Shown here in pieces: positions 59,001-64,000 of a stretch of 64,000 nucleotides of DNA. Within the stretch, counting starts at the first letter, position 1. Each line of letters begins with the position of its first letter. A model generated the notes under the pieces. The model ran no database searches. It had not been told where the DNA came from and saw nothing but the letters and a program-made list of their open reading frames with translations. Source of the stretch: an uncultured Candidatus Saccharibacteria bacterium (GTDB lineage: Bacteria; Patescibacteriota; Dojkabacteria; SC72); contig CAZHVM010000001.1 of assembly GCA_964536135.1 (NCBI GenBank), positions 29,268 to 93,267 on the forward strand. The letters run 5' to 3'. Position numbers and translations under genes: made by a program.

Positions 59001-62000
59001 TTTCCTAAACTCAATCCACTAACACTTGCTACAGATAGATAATCGCTACTTCCGTTAAAATTCCTTGCTTTTCCATATGGACCATCCACTATGGTTGTAC
59101 CAGTTGCAGTTCCCGTATTACTACCAACAACATCAGCTACAGATGTACCACTTGTTTCTTCCATTGGCCAATATCCTAAGAGCCCTGTTGTATCAGTATC
59201 ATAAAGATATGGGTTATCGAAACTCTCCCATAGTGAATCACTCCCTCTTTTACTCTTCGAAGACCATCCGCTAGACTCTTTTACATCTCTTCCGGATGTA
59301 TCTGTAAAATTGGTTAACGTTCCATTACATGAAGCACCGCAGCTACCAATCGCACTAGCTGTTGTACCACTTAATTCATTCATCTTCCAAAAGGCAAACA
59401 TACTATCTGAGCTGTATGGCGTTTCTCCATCTGATGTAGAATAGTTTGATACAATTTCAGATGCGGATAGCACACGCGAATAGACTTGAATATTATCAAT
59501 ATTCCCATCAAAATAGTTCTGAGTACCTGGCTCATATCTACCAATAGAAAGGATATTTGTCCCAGAAGCTATCCCCATAGTACCAACAGTACTAACAGGA
59601 CTATTAGCGTCCTCCACACCATTAACATATAGGTGAAGTCCAGTAGCATCATTAGCCTTAAAAGTCGTACATACATGTGTCCACTTATCTGCTACTGCAG
59701 AATTCGATGCACCTTCAATATATGCCGTACCTGATATATATACTTTGTACATATCCGTTCTCCCCGTTTCCTGCCCTATATCATCTTTTAAAAGCATAAA
59801 CCCTTCCCACGCTATGTTGTCAATCTTTGTTAGTATGAAATCATCATCAGAGATTGTGTCATGCTTAACCCATGTACAAACCGATAATTCTGTTAAAGCA
59901 TCAAAACTGTCAACATCCCCTACACTAATATAATCGTCTACACCATCAAGAGCAATTCCACCATCACCATATGATGTCCAATTACTCCATGTACTATTAT
60001 CTGTACTTACCCTATATTGAAACTCAATATTTCCAGCTTGGTAATTGGAAAGTACTTCTGAGTCTGGAAGTGCTCTTGAATAAATTCTTACCAAATCTAT
60101 GTTTCCATTCCAAAAGTCACCTCCAGATCCATAACCTTCTTTCCCAATGGTCAATGCTGTGCTGGTATTAGTTATGCTTTCAGAAAAGGCTACAGAGTCC
60201 TGTAATACACCATTAATATATAATTTGGCATAAGAGCCATCATATGTCCCGACAATATGTTGCCATTCGTTATATCCTTTGGACAAGCCCTCTGGCCAAG
60301 CACTATTTGTGCCTGAAAAAACCCAGAAACGAAAATATCCATCCTCGAAATAAAGACCATACCCGTCTTCCCATATACTGTTTGATTTTGCAATTATTGC
60401 AGGATAGGAGCTACTACCCTTATTAAGATTAACCCATGCTTCAAGTGTAATATTTGTTTCTAGATTCAAATAAGCATTATTAGGAACACTTATATAGTCA
60501 TCAACTCCATCAAACATTACTGCTCCAGATCCCCATCTTCTGTTGTCTGCAGTCCATCCTGTACCTACAGCTGCATCTTGACCAGTGGTAGTCATACTTG
60601 TTAATGTACCATTACATGATGTACCACAGCTACCTCCACTTACCGCAGTGGTACCGCTAGTTTCATTGAAATTCCACTGAGCTACTAATCCAGTTGTACT
60701 ATATGGTGTTTCTCCATCCCCTGTATTTACACCAGATGGTATCCAAGACAATGTAGCTTCTGACATACTACTACCCATATCCATGGAAGAGGAGGTATAT
60801 TCTCCAAAGATATTACCTTCTTCGGCTTCCGTTGGTTTATACCTAATAATTACAATTCCTGAGCCACCAGTACCACCATTGCCTCCCCCTGTTGCACCAC
60901 CACCACCACCACCACCTAGCCCATTGGTACCAGCATTTCCCACTGTTCCTCCACCACCACATGCTCCTGGACTTCCACTAGTAGTACGACCTGACGAGGC
61001 TCCTCCTCCAGCATAACACACAGAAGTTCCTGAAATTGAAGAGTATGCACCGGTACCACCATTGCCTGCTGTTTTATATCCTCCAGTAGTTCCAGCTGCC
61101 CCTGCACCACCACCACCACCACCATTATAAGCCGGTGAGGCTCCTGTTCCACCACCATTATAACCCTGTGAACCTATACCTCCAGAGGCAGTAGAATTCC
61201 ATGCGGCGGCACCACCACCACAACCTCCATTTCCACCATTGGCAGTAGGTGCTTTGCCAGCACCTCCACCATAAGCAGTTATTGTCGAAAACTCTGAATC
61301 ACCTCCGTTTGAGCCAGCTACTCCTCCCGCACCAACCGTGACAGAAAATGAACCTTCTGAAATTACAAATGTTGAATCATATACCATACCCCCTGCACCA
61401 CCACCACTATTAACCAAGCCACCACTCCCACCACCACCACCACCACCAACTACTAAAACTGCAACATCACCCGAACCTGTACATACAAAATCTCCACTTG
61501 CCGTAAATGTGTGAATCTTATAAACACCATCCATAGTCACAGTACCACCAGTACAATTAAAAGCAGAAGTTGGTTGTTCAATTTGTATCTTCGGTCCAGT
61601 TACGGATTCTACACCATTAAATATTCCGCCACTAAAATCTGTAGTATCATCATGTACAATACTAGGATCTATCCTTACAGGAAATACCCTTTCACTACTT
61701 AACAACCATTCTAAACTTACAGTAACCTTTGCCCTGTAGTTATCATTCTCTCCCTCTTCTACCTTTAGTTTTACATCAAATGTCTTGCTATTAATATCAT
61801 CAATAGCAAAGTTTGGTAAGAAATGTGCTAAATACCTACCCTTACTATCCACAAAATAATATGTGCTTGTACTCTGTCCATCAATAGTAAACCAACCTTC
61901 TTTTAATTCAACATCACTATCCATCTTCAAATCAAAAACAAACTCATTAACAGGAAGTGAACATTCCTTGACTTTACAACTATCCTGGTATGCCTCCAAA

Positions 62001-62623
62001 TCTCTAATAATTATCTCCTCTTTCAATCCCAAACCCTTCATTATCTGGTATTCCAAATCTACACCATTTGCAACATCCTTATTCAATACAGTTTGTTTGG
62101 ATACTGGAACCTCTTGATCCTCATATACCCCTATCTCTCGGCCAACATCTATTAATTCTGTAGATGTCTTTATACTATCCGTACCGATTACATCCGCGAC
62201 CAATACAACCTCATCCCCATATTTCTCCAGATTTTCTCCTGTGAGATCCACACCTACTAAAGACATCTCTATGCCATATCTTTCTTTTTTTTGAAAAAGC
62301 TTTGCTATTTTTGTAAAGATATTACCCTTTTCTTTTTCAAAAGGATTATTAGCTGATGTCTGTGCCTCAAACCTTACCCACTGCTTATCTGGTTGTTCTA
62401 CATTACCAAAATCAACAGAGAATTTAGGATTTTTGTTTACCAGATATGCAACACTTCCTTCCTTAGGAACAAATATGTTGTCATTGGGAGATATCCTTCC
62501 AAAGAGAAAATACATAGTAAGACCGATAGCTAGCTGTAGAGAAAGTGCAACAACAAAAATAGTTGTTTTGTACTTACAAAAGAGACTCTTTATTCTGTTT
62601 TTTAAGGCAGATTTTTTCATCAT
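56009..62623 (-). CDS. Giant surface protein (2204 aa) with Gly-rich domain and multiple LamG/concanavalin-like domains
   Basis: N-terminal TM, GGGGG-rich segment, repeated FDG.DDY / W.H....YDG...LY.NG / F.G.ID..RI units. Confidence 0.9.
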   Translation of the reverse strand: MMKKSALKNRIKSLFCKYKTTIFVVALSLQLAIGLTMYFLFGRISPNDNIFVPKEGSVAYLVNKNPKFSVDFGNVEQPDKQWVRFEAQTSANNPFEKEKGNIFTKIAKLFQKKERYGIEMSLVGVDLTGENLEKYGDEVVLVADVIGTDSIKTSTELIDVGREIGVYEDQEVPVSKQTVLNKDVANGVDLEYQIMKGLGLKEEIIIRDLEAYQDSCKVKECSLPVNEFVFDLKMDSDVELKEGWFTIDGQSTSTYYFVDSKGRYLAHFLPNFAIDDINSKTFDVKLKVEEGENDNYRAKVTVSLEWLLSSERVFPVRIDPSIVHDDTTDFSGGIFNGVESVTGPKIQIEQPTSAFNCTGGTVTMDGVYKIHTFTASGDFVCTGSGDVAVLVVGGGGGGGSGGLVNSGGGAGGMVYDSTFVISEGSFSVTVGAGGVAGSNGGDSEFSTITAYGGGAGKAPTANGGNGGCGGGAAAWNSTASGGIGSQGYNGGGTGASPAYNGGGGGGAGAAGTTGGYKTAGNGGTGAYSSISGTSVCYAGGGASSGRTTSGSPGACGGGGTVGNAGTNGLGGGGGGGATGGGNGGTGGSGIVIIRYKPTEAEEGNIFGEYTSSSMDMGSSMSEATLSWIPSGVNTGDGETPYSTTGLVAQWNFNETSGTTAVSGGSCGTSCNGTLTSMTTTGQDAAVGTGWTADNRRWGSGAVMFDGVDDYISVPNNAYLNLETNITLEAWVNLNKGSSSYPAIIAKSNSIWEDGYGLYFEDGYFRFWVFSGTNSAWPEGLSKGYNEWQHIVGTYDGSYAKLYINGVLQDSVAFSESITNTSTALTIGKEGYGSGGDFWNGNIDLVRIYSRALPDSEVLSNYQAGNIEFQYRVSTDNSTWSNWTSYGDGGIALDGVDDYISVGDVDSFDALTELSVCTWVKHDTISDDDFILTKIDNIAWEGFMLLKDDIGQETGRTDMYKVYISGTAYIEGASNSAVADKWTHVCTTFKANDATGLHLYVNGVEDANSPVSTVGTMGIASGTNILSIGRYEPGTQNYFDGNIDNIQVYSRVLSASEIVSNYSTSDGETPYSSDSMFAFWKMNELSGTTASAIGSCGASCNGTLTNFTDTSGRDVKESSGWSSKSKRGSDSLWESFDNPYLYDTDTTGLLGYWPMEETSGTSVADVVGSNTGTATGTTIVDGPYGKARNFNGSSDYLSVASVSGLSLGNTVFSTEMWIKPTATPTTRQWPLLLGDASAGNLHISYNTSGTISLGVWNGGECSVTPVVGAWNHVAFTFDGTTGRCYLDGALKSTTAMTFNLSSTALKIAQAQVSEAYFNGSIDEIRISSIVRTEDEIQANYFTGTQISKVIQTNSDSIIKIGGDYSKKISAGMQNVDRYTVGLWHLDERGGSGAYIKDSGNSGNHLTPTGTSYLNSGKIEGARSFNGSSDYLSLASVSGLSLGNTPFSIEMWIKPTATPTTRQWPLLLGGASAGNFHILHQSDGGIYLGAWDVGNCKITPVVGAWNHVAFTFDGTTGRCYLDGVLKSTTAMTFNFSSMALKIAQAQISEAYFNGSVDEIRISSGARTTNEIANAYRLGKDGFVNTIIEEKDLSSATTLPIYVAGDRPGSYLNTIWGETEYSNYQPDTNTVGLWNFDEGGEGSTYIDQSREGNSGITSYYGMRYGILSSNLTMIMNQWNGVANNYEMDITCPGGDSFCQIVTLEGETLSPTSINYGVAAQDVSSTLYIMYSPSLSGQSITAYANNSNNFIAVRYNSGWQYDNNSTWVSFTPKTYNILVAKALWGTLVTQLDYPAPADGKMGDGLDFSGSDQVTILDDNSLDFSSSFTVEAWIKPDSLPSVSESGGGIVTKGWYGETSTYNHNFWLSLCYDASWAGNTGAGYSFGFEVAAGSNYYATVNESLELNSWHHLTGVFDDDEDELRLYHNGQLVKVTTGVTVTPNTQAMDLTIGSMMTNYVSYFDGIIDGVRISNIARNPEDIRQVYEMESRTHPVQIDFGASLVSGNLITGSGDTSFNIDATVYGLDELGSGLYKDEKVIIKENYDGTEYIAQGTVSAITASTGAVTVSSWDTGSTFPSGGYTVNADVFKWQREYIPIKNRTINTQVNAINLLTLNITNGDEGRNLWIDDLRSTSGYLSDDTGEELTFPSSGQYFQYKAIFNTWDIDATFYISQVQLDYGTDGPTMDQVMRHGKWFNSSGEKQPFWWVNMP
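57941..59068 (-). repeat. Intragenic duplication of one LamG module (~430 nt, 702-nt spacing)
   Basis: Near-identical DNA blocks at ~57941-58366 and ~58643-59068 (e.g. MWIKPTATPTTRQWPLLLG twice). Confidence 0.9.
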
Positions 62624-62625
62624 AA

Positions 62626-64000
62626 CTACAATGATCTGTTGTAAATAATTTGTATATCTCCAACTCTTGCATAACTGTCATTTGCCGAGGACATCTTGAT
62701 AACAAACATACATGTTGTACCAGCTCCAGTACATTCATCCAAGCTCGATCCTGAAATAGTGGCAGTATTCCAAACTCCTGCAGTACTCGAGGCCTGCCCA
62801 GTAGACGATCCATCTACTGTTGCAGAACTTTCTTCATAAACATAGAAATCTAATTTATTATTTGTTGTACCTGTAGCTTCCGTAGCATAATTAAACAATA
62901 CCCATCCACTACCCCATGAGCTGAAATCTGAAGGGAGAGTAAATCTAACACGAACATCATAATCATTTAAAGATGTTTCTGAACTACTCCATTCGTAGTA
63001 ATTCATTGAATCGGAGGATGTTCCTTCGCTGTCAGAAGTCATTACACCTGTGTTGCTTGTACTATCTGCAGAGAGGACTGCCCCTGAATATTCTGCCGAT
63101 AGAGTAATCATATTAGTATAATCTCCCAACGGCACCCAAGCTTCATCGACATAGAATTCTAGACGGTCAGAGGTAGTGTTGTATCTTATTCCTCCCTGAT
63201 ACCCAGTTCCTGCACCTAGTGTTAAAGTGACATTACCAGAAGATCCACCTCCAAAAGTAGCATTTCCTCCAGAATCAACGACAAACATGTCACTGCCACC
63301 CGTTTGCATCTTCAGAAGGTTTCCCCCTGTTCCTGTTTTGTTTACCCAAATACTGTTTGTATCGTTGGCACTATCTACCTGTGCAAGAGCTGGGGCAAGA
63401 TTGATATATCCCAAACCACTTCCGACACCTCCTGCAATAGCTACAGAGAGCTTTAATACTTGGGTCTCTCCAGAGTAGTTATATAATCTTACATTGTTGT
63501 TATCATATATAACTATCCTGTAACCCGTGTTGTAGGTTATAGATATGTTTTCTAATCTTGGATAGTAAGCTAGATTTGTAGTAGTAAATATTACCCTGTA
63601 TTGGATATAATTATTCGGTGTACTTGAAATCGTAGCTCCATCATTATTTGTTAACAATTTTTCTACCCTTACATTATCTAAATATATTGTGTTACTAGAT
63701 GCAGATTGGTTTGTTAATCTTATCTTCGTTACACCATCAATGTCTGTACCAGTAATATCTGAGATATCCCAATATATCTTTTGCCATGTATCTGCCGCAT
63801 CTATAGTAATATCTTCATACTGTTCTGCAGCGGCACTTTCCCCTACCCCAAGTCTTAATGTGTTACCTGTTTGAGAGGCCCTAACCCACGCAGTAACATA
63901 GTCGTAATCGGAGATATCTGTACTGGTTATTGTAGCTTCTGCATATCCTCCAGATGTACTGCTAGTAATTTTGGTTACATTGGTAGCTGTTGCTTCGTCT
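62626..64000 (-). CDS. 3' part of a large S/T/G-rich surface protein (5' end beyond the window)
   Basis: The frame of the 343-aa ORF stays open to the right edge (DEATATNVTKITSS...), so 63657 is not the true start. Confidence 0.85.
   Translation of the reverse strand, partial: DEATATNVTKITSSTSGGYAEATITSTDISDYDYVTAWVRASQTGNTLRLGVGESAAAEQYEDITIDAADTWQKIYWDISDITGTDIDGVTKIRLTNQSASSNTIYLDNVRVEKLLTNNDGATISSTPNNYIQYRVIFTTTNLAYYPRLENISITYNTGYRIVIYDNNNVRLYNYSGETQVLKLSVAIAGGVGSGLGYINLAPALAQVDSANDTNSIWVNKTGTGGNLLKMQTGGSDMFVVDSGGNATFGGGSSGNVTLTLGAGTGYQGGIRYNTTSDRLEFYVDEAWVPLGDYTNMITLSAEYSGAVLSADSTSNTGVMTSDSEGTSSDSMNYYEWSSSETSLNDYDVRVRFTLPSDFSSWGSGWVLFNYATEATGTTNNKLDFYVYEESSATVDGSSTGQASSTAGVWNTATISGSSLDECTGAGTTCMFVIKMSSANDSYARVGDIQIIYNRSL

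Noticed and set aside
57941-59068. Possible DGR template/variable repeat pair
   Set aside because: Both copies are in-frame within one gene, mismatches are not adenine-specific, and no reverse transcriptase is in the window.
60860-61450. (CCA)n repeats
   Set aside because: These are poly-Gly codons of the surface protein, not an array.
1-64000. CRISPR array, transposase, prophage, rRNA, alternative genetic code
   Set aside because: None seen. TGA terminates genes (e.g. comEA) and long ORFs are intact under code 11.

Overview
Low-GC bacterial chromosomal window with standard code 11 (TGA used as stop). Gene content suggests a Patescibacteria/CPR genome, plausibly Dojkabacteria (WS6); this is inferred from the form III-like RuBisCO, split ComEC, two MreB paralogs and giant LamG surface proteins. 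Most of the window is housekeeping: replication/repair (rnhC, recR, dnaX, mfd, topA, uvrA, radC), translation (cysS, argS, trpS-like, pth, frr, tsf, rpsB, rpsU, rpmB, rpmG, rplK/A/J/L, rlmN, 8 tRNAs), cell shape (mreBCD-pbp2) and competence (dprA, comEA, comEC). Main items for follow-up: (1) a 6-gene locus at 33.0-39.9 kb with a 7TM protein, four different ATP-grasp ligases and a convergent DUF1704/MATCAP-type metallopeptidase, a candidate peptide-tag writer/eraser system; (2) a repeated architecture of small orphan genes, each with its own promoter and a boxA-like motif, three of them enclosed by a long-range 5'/3' helix and followed by a long hairpin; (3) an unannotated 8/4-fold tRNA-like element and a ~138-nt rod-shaped ncRNA; (4) RuBisCO followed by an orphan ProRS C-terminal remnant; (5) a TrpRS with degenerate HIGH/KMSKS motifs; (6) an S2 ribosomal protein fused to an alphaCTD-like HhH domain. 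All calls were made by eye from the sequence; no searches were run.
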